Assembly (NCBI GenBank): GCA_964016885.1
Contig: OZ024740.1
Coordinates: forward strand, 263,314,001 to 263,378,000
DNA from: Eledone cirrhosa
Lineage: Eukaryota
DNA: 64,000 nucleotides
Direction: 5' to 3'
Positions 41,466-55,347 of this stretch are shown here, one piece after another. The notes beneath the pieces were generated by a model. That model saw only the letters and a program-made list of their open reading frames with translations, was not told the DNA's origin and did not search any database. Every line of letters begins with the position of its first letter. Position 1 is the first letter of the stretch. The position numbers were made by a program, and so were the translations under genes.

Positions 41466-41600
41466 CATCATTTTACGATCGTTTCTAGGATATATATGTG
41501 TGTTGGTATGTATATCATATAGATCTATGTAAAAATATTTTACAAACCATCAGAAAAAATATACATACCTTCACATATATATGCTGTCTTCAGAAATAAT
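41466..41600 (-). ncRNA. hammerhead with ~100 nt helix II; helix I shortened by a SINE insertion
   Basis: Reverse complement of 44685-44820. Confidence 0.75.
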
Positions 41601-41849
41601 TGTTTCTACATTTGGCACAAGGCCAGCAATTATCCAGTGCATTACTGGTACTTTATTTTATTGACCCCGAAAGGATGAAAGGCAAAATTGACCTCGGCGG
41701 GATTTGAACTCAGAATGGAAAGGGCCGTAACTCTATGCGTCAAAGTATGGCGTCCGACCCTCTGACAATCCCTTCAAAAATTATTGTTTATACTTTTGGC
41801 ACAAGGCCAGCAATTACCCAGTACATTACTGGTACTTTATTTTATCGAC
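41601..41849 (-). mobile_element. two adjacent SINE copies (41601-41772 near full; 41781-41849 3' part) inside the left arm
   Basis: SINE consensus; absent from the right arm. Confidence 0.9.
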
Positions 41850-42599
41850 AATGGTATTTGTTTATTGAAAAAAACCCAACAAAGATTTAATATAATAGGT
41901 CTGTTTGGGAACAGGTTTTGAATTGACCAATAGAAAAGTAGTAAGAGGTCAAGTTGATAGAATAGTAGTAGTAGAAATTTAATTTAGGGGTAGAGGAATG
42001 CTGTCTTAAGTTTTGAATGGAAATAATACTTTGAATGAAAAGAATACTTTGGGGATGAAAACAGGTCAAGTTGGTTAAGAGTACACGAAAATGTGATGCT
42101 ATTAAAGAATAATGTTAATGTTAAAACCGAAGAAGAATAAAATTTTAGGGTAAATGTGTTAGTGAGAAATACCAATTTTATTTAAAACACAAGGAATTTA
42201 GATCTATAACAAGAAATTAAATTAATTGATAGGTATACTTATATGGATAAATTTATATTAATTCATATAGATGTGATAAATAAGAATTAGATGTTATTAA
42301 AGAAAGTTGTTAAAAACGAAGGAAAATAGAATGTTGGGACAAATGTAGTAGTAAGAAATACCAATCTTATATAGACTACAAGTAATCTAGATTCATAACA
42401 GGAAATTAAATTAATTTATATATATACTTTTAGGTATTAACTTTAGGAAAAGAGAGCTGTAAGAGGGAAATAAAATTATGAAGTTCTCTGTAGTAAAGTA
42501 CTAATTATAGGTTAACTAAATTTAAAAAAACTAATTATCATAATATGTAAAATATATTCCTCAAAGACTATTATAGTCTCACTATTACTTTTGAAAACA

Positions 42600-43960
42600 C
42601 CAGTAAAATAGTTAAATTCCTAGATATAACTTTAGACATATCTACGGGTATCTACCAACCTTACCATTACCCAAACCAAAACTTACATTACATACACTCA
42701 CAATCCAATCACTCTAGATCTATCCATAAAAACCTAGCATATAATATCTCGCTCAAAATTTCTAACCTTTCATATAACCAGGATGTATTCGATAAAAATG
42801 CGCCCTGTTATAACGAAGCTTTAACTAGAAGCGGCCACAAAAACAAATTAGTCTATATACCTTGCACCAGTAATACTTCAAACATACAACCCAATATTAA
42901 CAACAAACACCAAATGAAAAACACACACCTAAATCCCACTCACACTACACCCACAAATACCAACCTAAAACTTAATGTCTCTACCTCTTCTCACATAAAA
43001 TATAACAACTTTCAAAAAAAAATTCATCCTAATACTCCAATATACGTTAATAACATTACTAACAACATTCCTAATAATCAGACTAAAGCACCTAAATCAG
43101 TTAATCTAACTAAACCTATATATAATAAATCCACTAATCCTAATTCTCTTAGTAAAGATCCTGATACATCGTATAAATATAAAAAAAACAACATTGAAAC
43201 CGTAATAGACGAGTTACTTGGTATAATGCTCCATTTGATCTACAAATTAATGTTTACTATCCTAGAGAAAAACTTCCCGCCAAACCATAAATACGATCAA
43301 ATTTTAAATAGATCAACTGTCAAATTTTCATACTCCACTACCAAAAATATACAACAAAATATAAATGCGTACAATACATATAAATGTAAAAATAACCACG
43401 AATATACCACCAACACATCAAACCAACCATAATACTAAAATAAACCGCAACAAACCACCAACTGCTTCACATATAACAAGTCATGTAAATTCCACACCAA
43501 ATTTGACTAACTCCCCTGAGATAATATTCACGAATGGTTGTAACTGTAGAAACAAAAGAAATTGCCCATTAAAAGGAAATTGTCTTATTAATAACATAGT
43601 ATATAAATGTAAAATTAGCACTAAGGACTCAACATATTCATATAAAGGAGCTACGTCTAACCAATTTAAAGTAATATTTAATACCCACAAACATAGTTTT
43701 TAAAATGCCGCATTACCTAATACATCATTGGCTGAAACAACTAATAATTATAGAAAAAAGAATATCAATTACAACCTGACCTGGAGTGTGCACAAAAGGG
43801 CCACCCCTTATCAAAATAACAGATATGAGTGTAGATTATGCTCGCAGGAACTTTTTTGAAATAATGAAATCTAAGGATATCCTATTAAATAAGCGATAAG
43901 AATTAATTATATCTTGCAATCATAGAATTAGAAGAACTTTAAATATTATAAACCTAATTA
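42600..43960 (+). pseudogene. Penelope-like RT C-terminus plus GIY-YIG endonuclease, disrupted
   Basis: VKFLDITLD..YIHSQSNH..YNEAL..SG; FPPNHKY..ILNRSTVKFSYS; CNCRNKRNCPLKGNCL..IVYKC..YKGATS..FK....HKHSF; LTWSV..PY..CRLC. Confidence 0.88.
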
Positions 43961-44684
43961 ATATACACCTTACACTTATATTTTACATATTATTATAATT
44001 ATTTTTTTTAAATTTAGTTAACCTATAATTAGTACTTTACTACAGAGAACTTCATAATTGTATTTCTCTCTTACAGCTCTCTTTTCCTAAAATTAATACC
44101 TAAAAGTATACATATAAATTAATTTAATTTCCTGTGATGATTCCTTGTCTAGATTCCTTGTAGTCTATATAAGATTGGTATTTCTCACTACTACATTTAT
44201 CCCAAAATTCTATTTTCCTTCGTTTTATCAACTTTCTTTAATAACATATAATTCTTATTTATCACATCCATATGAATTAATATAAATTTATCCATATAAG
44301 TATACCTATCAATTAATTTAATTTCTTGTTATAGATCTAAATTCCTTGTGTTTTAAATAAGATTGGTATTTCTCACTAACACATTCACCCTAAAATGTTA
44401 TTCTTCTTCGGTTTTAACATTAACATTATTCTTTAACAGCATCACATTTTCGCGTACCCTCAACCAACTTGACCTTTTTTCATCCCCAACGTATTCTTTT
44501 CGTTCAAAGTATTATTTCCATTCAAATCTTAAGTCAGCATTCCTCTACCCCTAAATTAAATTTCTACTACTACTATTCTATCAATTTGATCTCTTACTAC
44601 TTTTCTATTGGTCAATTCAAAACCTGTTCCCAAGCGGACCTATTATATTAAATCTTTGTTGGGTTATTTTCAATAAACAAATAT

Positions 44685-44820
44685 CATTATTTCTGAAGAC
44701 AGCATATATATGTGAACGTATGTATATTTCCTCTGGTAGTTTGTAAAATATTTTTACATAGATCTATATGATATACATACCAACACACATATATATCCTA
44801 GAAACGATCGTAAAATGATG
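44685..44820 (+). ncRNA. type I hammerhead with ~100 nt helix II, core intact
   Basis: cattattt CTGAAGA cagcatatatatgtg...cacatatatatccta GAAA cgatcg TA aaatgatg. Confidence 0.8.
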
Positions 44821-44872
44821 AATTTTTTAATATAAGGAACATGTTCTTTGCTTTTATTCATTGTTTTTATTA

Positions 44873-44940
<68 letters not shown>

Positions 44941-45159
44941 GTATATATATATATATATATACATATGTATATATATATATATATATATATATTGCCTATA
45001 TATACATATGTATATATATAGGCAAAAGAGATATTTAATTTGTTGGTAATTCAACAAATATAAATGTTTATTACTGATTCAAAGCACTCAACAGATTTTC
45101 TGGAGTATAATATTCAATGAATTTAAATAAATGGAAACTATATTTATAAAACCATATTG

Positions 45160-45219
45160 ATTCTATTATATATATTTCATGGGTACCAAAACTATGGCAT
45201 GCTCTCTTCAGGTAAAATA
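45160..45219 (-). ncRNA. hammerhead motif (family of 38890), helix II decayed, in terminus ~45020-45300
   Basis: Minus strand: ttttac CTGAAGA gagcatgcca tagttt tggtacccat GAAA tatata TA atagaa. A further terminus copy lacking the core is at ~55012-55160. Confidence 0.65.
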
Positions 45220-45351
45220 AAAAAGTTTGTTTTATAAATATTGACATAACTAGGAATAGGATCTTAACGGTTCGATTCTTTGCTTAAATTTTAATCTGTT
45301 ATTTTAATAAATAAATAAATATATATACTTATATATATATATACGTATATA

Positions 45352-45424
<73 letters not shown>

Positions 45425-46516
45425 TTATATATATCACAGAGACAAACATACATTTACGTTTATGGAGAAAGAGAGGGGGGTGCAATAGAGGGTATGTTAT
45501 GGAAAAACGTAAATTTGTAAGATATGAACTCAATATTTTTCTAATGATATAGATCCATCTTTGATTGCTAAAACCACCTATTTATAATTTGCGCTTCACT
45601 TTATTTGCCATTTTCAACCACAAATAATATAATTGTTTACTTCACAGTATCGCTAGACTACACTCTATACATGCCACACTTTGTCCACTTCTCATTTCAA
45701 AATTTGGACTTTTCAAGTACGCCCTATATTTACCATATTTTCTATGTAAAAGAAGGCGATGAAATAATATTGTCGTTAGAACGTCTGATAACATCCTCTG
45801 GGGGTATTCATTTCGGCTCACTGCTCTCTCAGTTCAAATCCTACTGAGGTCAACTTTGCCATTCATCAATTAAATGTCGATAAAATGTACCACTCTAGTA
45901 CTGGGGTTGATTCTTCTTCTATATCTCTTTCTCATTTCCATCCTCGCTCTCTCCATCTGTCTTTGGAAGAAATCTGCTCTATTCAGACGTGGAGGGGGAA
46001 TTGATTCTGACCGTTTTTTTTAAATGACCTAAAAACGCCGTATATCATTACGGCGTTCCTCTCGTTTCACCAGACGTTACGGGTCAATATATATATATAT
46101 ATAAAAGGATGCAGCAAGATTGAATGGTTAAGAAGTTCGCGGAGCTCTCATTAATTTTACGTGGTAAGCTCAAACAGGCTGCTTTATTGATTATATAGCT
46201 GTCATTCCTAACACAAACCGATTATCAGAATGTCAAGATTTCTGTCTTCCTTGCTCTTTACAAATTCAATTATATTCCAAACTTTTAGTTCTATATTACA
46301 TAACAATTTTTTCGAGATTACACTTAATGGACTACGTTACATTTTAAGTAAAATGATGATGGTAATGAGGATGGTAATGATGATGATGACGATGATGATA
46401 TCAATGTTGATGATGATGATGATGATGGTGATGAAGACGATAATGAATAATTACCTGAATTCACATCTATAACTAGCTTAATGCATATCATTACGAACAA
46501 TAGTTCGCATATTTAG

Positions 46517-46884
46517 TAATTGTTCTTACTTTTGGCACAAGGCCAGCAATTACCCAGTGCATTACTGGTGCTTTATTTTATCAACCCCGTAGGGATGAAA
46601 GTCAAAGTTAATCTCGCCAGGATTTGAACTCAGAACGTAAAGGGTCGTACCTCTATGCTGCAAAGCATGGTGTCTGACGCTCTACCGATACTACCAATCT
46701 ATCACCCTTACCCATATTTAACAATTGTTTCTACTTTTGGCACAAGGCCATCAAATACCCCATTACATTACTGGTGCTTCATTTTATCGACCCCGTGAGG
46801 ATGAAAGGCAAAAGCTAACATCGACGGGATTTAAACCCAGAACGTTAAGGGCCATAACTCTATGCTGCAAAGCATGGTGTCTGA
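46517..46884 (-). mobile_element. two tandem SINE copies (46517-46708, 46723-46884)
   Basis: SINE consensus on the minus strand, twice. Confidence 0.88.
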
Positions 46885-48254
46885 TGCTCTACCCATACTG
46901 CCATTAATAATGAGTCGTCATCATTATGCATATTTTTTTTTATTTTGTTGTGTTTCGTATTTGCATTGGTTTACTTCACTACGTCTTTAATAGAGCAGAC
47001 TTGTAATTGGGAATTATTCAAGCAGTGGACATCCGCACTGATTTTAAAAATGAATTGTGTAACCTAAATTACATTATTGAAGTGTCCTTTATTTAAGATG
47101 GACGTCGTTTAAGACGTATTTGCCTTCTATTCCTAATAGATCCATCTAAAACATTCGTTATTTTAAGCGTAGGTAAAGTTTGTGTATTGTCTAAGCACTT
47201 TTCGATTAGAAATCAAGTACACTTTACATTTCATGGTAACACTTGGGTGCCATATTGTTGAAACATCCGAGAAACATCCTAAGTGAAGTAACCTCGTATG
47301 TGGGGCGTGTTGCAAAGGAGGGAGCTGTACATTTAATTTCATTAAAGCAAGTTTGATATCTCTATACATATGAGGCCCCTTCACGAAATCCCCACCTATT
47401 ATGAGTACATCACTAGGAGATTGACGTATAAATTATGGTAAGAGAACTCGCAACACCAATAGCTAAATCGTAATAACAAAAAATGAAAAGAAATTCAAAG
47501 CAAAACAAAAACACACAAAGATTTTACATATATGATGTCTTCCCCTTCCTTCTCCCTAGTCTCGTAACACCTGATGGAGTTGTAGGAGAGCTGTAGTTGC
47601 ATAGGGCGTTTGCTTCGTATATTAAGCCTGGCGGAGTCCATCTCCTCTCCAGGTCTGAATAGAGCAGCTTTCTTTCAGAGAAGGGTAGAGAGTGAAAGAA
47701 TGGAAGTGTGAAAGAGATATAGAAGATTCGACTCCAGCACTAGATTGATACCTTTTTTTATGTTTGATCTAAGATCAGTAAAATGTTTTAAATGTGATAA
47801 CCCGTTCTAATATGATAGATTCCACTACATACTTTTAGTGAGGTGATGTCTCCAAACCATAAGTGTAATGAAGAAATGTTCCTATGTTACTGTCAGTGTG
47901 TTCTTTCTTTAGATGTACATCTTTTTTGTATATTTCTGAAGATTTTATGAGAATATCATTCTTTGTCTATGTCAATGCTTTCGGGCAATATTTGGTATTG
48001 TCACGGATGTGTATTTGCGTCGGCCTTTCATGATATATTGAAGGCACGTATATCAATAAATGTAAAAAGATTTCTTAGTCCCCGTTTGAACGTGACTGTA
48101 TGAATTTGCATTATGCACGCATACAGCATTGTATAAAAACGTATATCCATATCTATCTGTCTATCTATCTCTCTCTTTCTCTCTCTCTATCTCTCTCTCT
48201 CTATATATATATATATATAATATGTGTTAAGAAATACATACCAATAAATACACA

Positions 48255-48680
<426 letters not shown>

Positions 48681-49217
48681 AATTATTATATATATGTATA
48701 TAAAGATAAAGATAATTTTTGGCTTGGAGTATCTGATCAATGGGCCTTACCTATTTTGCATAGATGCGTGCATATGTACATTCATTCATATATTTATACA
48801 TACATTATATGTATATTTATATCTTTGTGTGTGACTGTGTGTATGTGCGTACGTGTGTGTGAGGGTGTGAGTGTGTGTGTACGAAAGTGCGTCATAATAG
48901 TAAATATGTCATGAAAAGTGATGCGAAAGAAACATTAGAGGGAATGGGGAAAAAATGCATCTTGAATTTTTCAATTGTTTTCTTTAGTCGCCAGAAGAAA
49001 ATGTTCTGATAGTTGTAGAACATACATACATACATATATACATACATATATACACATATACATACATATATATACACACATACATACTTACATGCATGCA
49101 TATATACATACATACATACATACATACGTACATACATACATACACACGTACGTACATACGCACATAACTACATACATAACATATGCTTACACACCTATAT
49201 AGTTAAAGGCAGATCTA

Positions 49218-49278
<61 letters not shown>

Positions 49279-49413
49279 GTGTGTGTGTATTTATGTATAT
49301 AAACTTAAGGAGCAGCTTGCGCACACATTGGCTTATATCTACATGTACATTCTCACACTCATACACACACACTTGACTTCTCCCTGTAAATATATATGAC
49401 TGTGTGATTATAC

Positions 49414-49458
<45 letters not shown>

Positions 49459-49624
49459 CATACACATTAATATTTTGACGATTATTTGCCCGAAGTCTTC
49501 AGGTCAGTCCCTCATATCTCCGCCAGACTTTCAAAAGCAAATGAAAATATAGTTAAACACAATGGATAAACATTCTTCAGAAATATTGATAATAATCCTA
49601 ACCCTAGGAAATATACAAGCCTAC

Positions 49625-49674
<50 letters not shown>

Positions 49675-49858
49675 TGTGTGTGTGTGTATATATATAAATA
49701 TATATATATATATGTAAGAATATTTTTCGAAACAGTGAGCGTGTTTGAAATTATTATAAATGTAAGCTATCGCCGTATTTTGACTAAAGAAATTAAAGAA
49801 ATTATTTAGCCTGATAGTGGGATTAAGAACCCTCAGAGAAATGGAAAAAGATGAGTAT

Positions 49859-49930
49859 TGACGTACATGGGAGTCGAATCCACATCTTTGGTTATCCAGA
49901 CCACTGTGCTACCATTTACACCAACACATC
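49859..49930 (-). pseudogene. tRNA-like sequence (pseudogene or SINE head)
   Basis: Minus strand gatgtgt tg gtgt aaatggta gcac ag tggt ctggata acca aagat gtgga ttcgact cccat gtacgtca: A box, B box and cloverleaf with several G-U pairs and mismatches. Confidence 0.6.
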
Positions 49931-50614
49931 ACCCGTCTTTTTCCATTAAAATTAGAAGCTATAAACTTAGCGACTGTAATGTCAAGTAAGAATATTTTCG
50001 AATATATATATATGTGATTGGCATATATACATATTACATATATACATATTACATATATATATATATATTACATATATTATTGGCATATATACATATACAC
50101 TCACACACACACACATATATATGTGTGTATATGTATATGTTGGAGCAGGTTTTAAGGGTATCTAGTAAAAGTTTAGGAACCATGTGTCCAATTTGAGAGT
50201 CGAACTTCTTGTATTCAACGATTATATCTCAGGTAGGTATCAAGGATACAATGCTATCAGTGGTGAACTACTGGAAATACAACTCTCACTTTAACAATTT
50301 CAAAATCGATCACCCCTGGAAAAGTATTTTAATATACATAAACAACAGTTGTTTGCTGGGATTTAATATTACGACACAGTGTCAAATTGCTTTTGTCAAG
50401 AAAATCTTTAAACCCTGTGTGATGCCCTCTTAAACGGATGGCTGATACATAATCATCATATGTATGCCTTCTAGAATACAAAAATGACCTGCCTCTCTTG
50501 CAAAGCGCCGAATTTATCATGATACACTGGTAAGAATATTTACTGTTATCGTTTCCAATTTTTCTAACGTGATATACTTCATGTATAGAATGTAATATGT
50601 AATAGAATATATAA

Positions 50615-50799
50615 TTGTTTCTACTTTAGGCACAAGGCCAGCAATTACCCAGTGCATTACTAGTACTTTATTTTATCGACCCCGTAAGGATGAAAGGCAA
50701 AGTCAACCTCGGCGGGATTTGAACTCAGATCGTAAAGGGACGTAACTATGCTGGAAAGCATGGCGTCCGACTTTCTACCGATACTGCCAATCCACCGCC
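50615..50799 (-). mobile_element. SINE, full length
   Basis: Family consensus; flanking repeat aatagaatatataat at ~50601 and ~50820, with a partial copy at 50800. Confidence 0.93.
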
Positions 50800-51049
50800 A
50801 ATAGAATATAATAGAATGTAATAGAATATATAATAACATTTAATTACCAGTCAAGAGAATCTACTATTTTAAAAACATCGTACAGTAAAGTAAGACAATA
50901 ACCGAATTGAGAACAAACAAGACAAACACGGACATAATAAAACACAAAGTCTTGTCAGTTTCACGCTTGTCAGTTTCATGTCAGTTTCATGAACAGAAAG
51001 GAAAAATGAAAACCAAATAAATAAATATCTCAATGTTTCTAATATAAGT

Positions 51050-51585
51050 CCCGCAACGAGAATGGTCAAATTAACGACACCAACAACTATTGTGTAACCT
51101 TGTTGGATATGAGCTATTTTAACCCAGTCTCTTGCAGACTTAACACCGCAAGCCTAACATTATTCTATTGTCATTTACACGGAAAAGGTTTTAATACACT
51201 TCACTCTGTAGTAGACACAACCCAGACTGTCTATGCTAAGACCCGTCTCGGGTCTATTGAGGCAAACCATCCCCACTTTCCTCATATTCCTAACATCAGA
51301 CATAGATTTCATTCCTAGAACCTCATCTTCATGAAACAAAGTGCCTAGAGTTTGCGTTCCTTGCAGCTATAACATTGACATTTTTAAGGAAAAGGATCAC
51401 AAAGTATATTTCCATATCATAATCCCATCCAAACAGCCAGATCCTTTGTCATTTTCGCGCCTATAACAATCCCTCTTCCATTATTCGCCATCACCCCTTT
51501 CTCCATTTCGATCTTGTCATGTAACACATATCTTTGAGTGACTTTAAAGCCTTGTTATGTGGTGAACTTTTAGTATACAAGAAAA
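51050..51585 (+). mobile_element. decayed CR1/Jockey-group LINE 3' end
   Basis: PVSCRLNTASLTLFYCHLHGK..LHSVV..TR....NHPH..IP..R..FH resembles a common invertebrate LINE C-terminus (from memory); A-rich end. Confidence 0.55.
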
Positions 51586-52304
51586 AGAACTATATGAGAC
51601 CGGGATGCTGCACATAGGGGGAACAAACATTAAAGACACCATCAAAACTGCGATTCAACTGAATGACAATTTTTCATTTTCATGAAATGGAACGTTCATT
51701 GACAGTCTTAGTGACAGAAATCTTTTGTTTGCTTCTTCTAGATTTTGTGAACAAACTAGCTGTATACTCCCCTACCCACTTCACCCAGGTCTACCTAAAG
51801 CAACCATCTCTTTTCATTACGTCATCCTACCTGTGTCTAACCCATCGGATTTATCTTCATTGTACTAAACTACTCTTCAAAAACTACAACCGTCTCAATT
51901 GCCTTCAACTCCCACAGATTTTCATATAAACTTTAACCTACAAGTTCTCGACTGCATTATTGTCTACCATTTCCGAATGCCTGGAAACATTGTGGGAACT
52001 CCTGGACTTACGTATAAAATATTATTTAAAAATGAGAAATGTATTAACATATTAAGTTCTTAAAAATTACAAATGCAAAATATAATTTCCATTACATCAA
52101 ACTTTAATTGTAGAATTTAATTGACTAAATTCCATTGTGTTCTCACTTAAATTATTTTAGCATGTTTCATGAAATGTGTTAAAGAAATAATCACAATTCC
52201 ATCCAATTAAACCCAGAAGGCGTTAGTCAGAAGATTCTGAACAATGGATTATTTTTAATAAAAGATTATTTCTGTTTCAAGGATTGACTAGATTCATTGG
52301 CAGG

Positions 52305-52573
52305 CGTAAAGGCAATGATTTACATTCTCTTTCTCTCTCTCTCAATATGTCTCTCTTTCTCTCTTTCTCTCTCTCACTCTCTCATCTCTCTCACTCTCTT
52401 TTATCTCTCTCTTTCTTTTTCTCCCACTTCATGTCTTACTCTTTTGATGACTCATACGCTCTCTCTGCCTCATACTTTCTCTCCTATTCTCTCTTTCTCT
52501 CTCCCCCATCTCCCATCTTTCTCTTCCTCTGTTACACTTTCTCTCACTCACATTCTCTCTCTGCCTTTCGCTC

Positions 52574-52640
<67 letters not shown>
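52305..52640. repeat. (CT)n-rich polypyrimidine tract
   Basis: Direct inspection. Confidence 0.9.
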
Positions 52641-52641
<1 letters not shown>

Positions 52642-53120
52642 TATACTCCCTTTTTCTTTCATTCCCCCACAAAGCATACACCATTACACTTATTATACAA
52701 TGGTACAAATGTAAACAACTTACGTTATAATATATATGCATAAATGTTCATATTCTCGCTTCTAGAATATAATCAACAGGAGTAACTATTAACATGTGCT
52801 CAATTCCAACGTTTCACCTTTTCCCTTAATACGCTGTCGTCTTTTATTGTCCAACAAAACTATTTATATGGAAGAAATACAGTGGATTGACATTGGAAAT
52901 GACATCTGTAAACTGTGGTGTGTATTTCACCTCAGATATTTTCTCACTTTATAACCTCATAATTAAACCGGGCAACGGTCATACTCTACAACTAGACATG
53001 ACAAAAATGGCAGTCAAATCTCGCTTAAACACAAATCTGTCTTATATATATATGTGTGTGTGTGTAACAAAGAAGGTGTCGTAAGATACCAGGTGGACCA
53101 TAACGCACCAGAATACTCGA

Positions 53121-53377
53121 TACTTAGGGTAGTAGAGTGGGCAATATGAAAGAGTCAGGTGTGAATCTAGCTAGATTCACACCATCTAATACTGCTGGCT
53201 TACATATGTGAAATACATATATGAAATACATATATGAAATGAGTCAGGGCCCCGACGGCTGAGCTCCAGCCGTTTCGACAGCTAGATCCGAACTAAGCCA
53301 GTAGTATTAGAACGGTGTGAATCTAATTAGATTAACACCTGACTCTTTTCATATTACCCACTCTACTACCCTAAGTA
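53121..53377. mobile_element. small inverted-repeat element with half a hammerhead in its spacer
   Basis: Arms 53121-53202 / 53295-53377; spacer on the minus strand reads GAA ACGGCTG gagct CAGCCGT C ggg. Confidence 0.75.
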
Positions 53378-54184
53378 TATATATATGTGTGTGTGTGTGT
53401 GCGCGCTTTTTGTGTGTGTTGTGTATTTCTGTGTAGGTGTGTGATTTTGCGTATGTGCATGCCTGTATATATGCCCGTTCTTTAGACAATAACGAAGGTG
53501 TGGTGAAGGGAAACCTCTGTATGGGCAACTATTGTCTTCTATAGTAATATCACAACGGCGTGAAATTTGGAAAAGGCACTCCAGCGTTGCCTTATTACGA
53601 AAGTAAAACACGGAAACAAACTATCTCCTTCCATCGAAGAAAACACCCGGTGTCACGAAAATAGTAAGCCAAGCAAGTGGGGGGTGAGGTTCATATGGAT
53701 TAGAGCAATCACAAAGCATAGGTGAGTAGAATATATCCACACTAGGTCTATTATGTGGTGAAATAGAAGAAACTAGTGTACTTGGTGTACAAACATATAT
53801 TCAGTATTGGCTGAAAATACATAATTTCATCATTTATACTTGAAATTATGCTGAGACTTAATAGAAAAATAGCACCCAGAAAAATAGCATGAATAGACAC
53901 TAGAAAAGAGTGACAAAAATGATTAAGTAGGTATTTTATGGAATTCAAGACATCATTCAGGAGCGAATATCATATTAGTAGTGAAATATACTAGATTTTG
54001 TGAGGAAATAGATAGAAACCAATCATTCGAGGGCAGGGTAAAAGAAAGGGAAAAACGGAAACATACCGAAATAGCAAAATAGCGAAATAATACTTGTGAT
54101 AATATAGAAAGCATGTCTCATCTCCAGTATATGTGTCGAACATCTGAAGACATAACGAGTTGATGATTAGCGAACAATGCAAGT

Positions 54185-54287
<103 letters not shown>

Positions 54288-54819
54288 ATTGCACAGAAAA
54301 TGCGTGCTTACGTAATAAATGTATTATGCGGATATTTCCAGATAAAAAACAAACATTATTTGTGTTTATTATTGAAACACAAACAGCAGCAGCAAGCGGT
54401 TCTACTATCTTACAACATATTGTAGAGAATATTACATAGAAATAACTACCAGTTGAGAATAACAATAAAAAAGAATTGCTGCTATAAACTTCAGCTCATC
54501 TCTGTAACAGTTAACACAGCTCTCTATTATGAACAATGGAACAGACAGACGTGTCATTTATAGGTTTCTTTCATTCACGTATCCCGACTTAAAAAGTTTC
54601 GTTCGCTTTATGTCCCACTAGATGTATATAGATAGATAAATATATATATATATATATAGTATTAGTTATACTATTTATGGTTATGTAAACACAAAACCTT
54701 AAGCAGTTGTAAGTATTTTACACACACCCTAAATAGTGGTAGGCAGTAATGTATTACTACCTTATTACCAGTAAGTTAAGTAGCTCAATGTAAAAACATC
54801 AGATGATTTACAGAGCAGT

Positions 54820-54996
54820 TATATGAAATATAAGAATCAAAGAACTGTTCAAAACATTATTGTGCTTACAGCTGTTTCCTCCAAACCTGTCCATGCATTA
54901 ATAAATTGCTCCGAAGAATCCAAACCTCGGTTTGGAGGAAACAGCTGTAAGCACAATAATGTTTTGAACAGTTCTTTGATTCTTATATTTCATATA
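54820..54996. mobile_element. 177 bp hairpin element with perfect 68 bp arms and a hammerhead
   Basis: 54820-54887 is the exact reverse complement of 54929-54996; runs into (TA)n. Confidence 0.88.
54907..54953 (+). ncRNA. minimal type I hammerhead (core variant CCGAAGA)
   Basis: tgct CCGAAGA a-tccaaacc tc ggtttgga-g GAAA cagctg TA agca. Confidence 0.75.
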
Positions 54997-55158
54997 TATA
55001 TATATATATATGTATAAGTTCTATTTAAATTGTTGGGATACAACAAGCAAATATTTTATAACTGATATAAAGCACTCAACAAATAATTGGAGTAAAAAAA
55101 CGATATTAACAAATGTAAACTATATTTATAAAACCATATTTATTTCATTTTACATATT

Positions 55159-55217
<59 letters not shown>

Positions 55218-55347
55218 ATGTGTGTATGTTTGTGTGTGTGTGTGTGTGTGTATGTTTGTGTGTGTGTGTGTGTGTTTATATAGACGTATACTTATATGAA
55301 TTATATAATTTTTAATTATGCAAGAATTAATTATGTATGTATGTATG

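Larger units (their letters stand above)
41408..44878 (+). mobile_element. 5'-truncated Penelope-like (probably Naiad-type) retroelement with ~0.9 kb inverted termini
   Basis: Arms 41408-42557 (interrupted by SINEs) and 43977-44878; decayed RT thumb and GIY-YIG coding sequence between them. Confidence 0.9.

Noticed and set aside
43535-43850. Selenocysteine (in-frame UGA) recoding known from some Naiad elements
   Set aside because: The conserved Cys positions here and at ~62400-62700 are TGT/TGC; the interruptions I checked are TAA/TAG stops or frameshifts.
49859-49930. Functional tRNA gene
   Set aside because: Weak acceptor and T stems and an atypical anticodon arm; kept only as a tRNA-like pseudogene.
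50130-50530. Possible minus-strand LINE RT remnant (FLD..K.FDTV-like)
   Set aside because: Needs several frameshifts; cannot be supported without an alignment.
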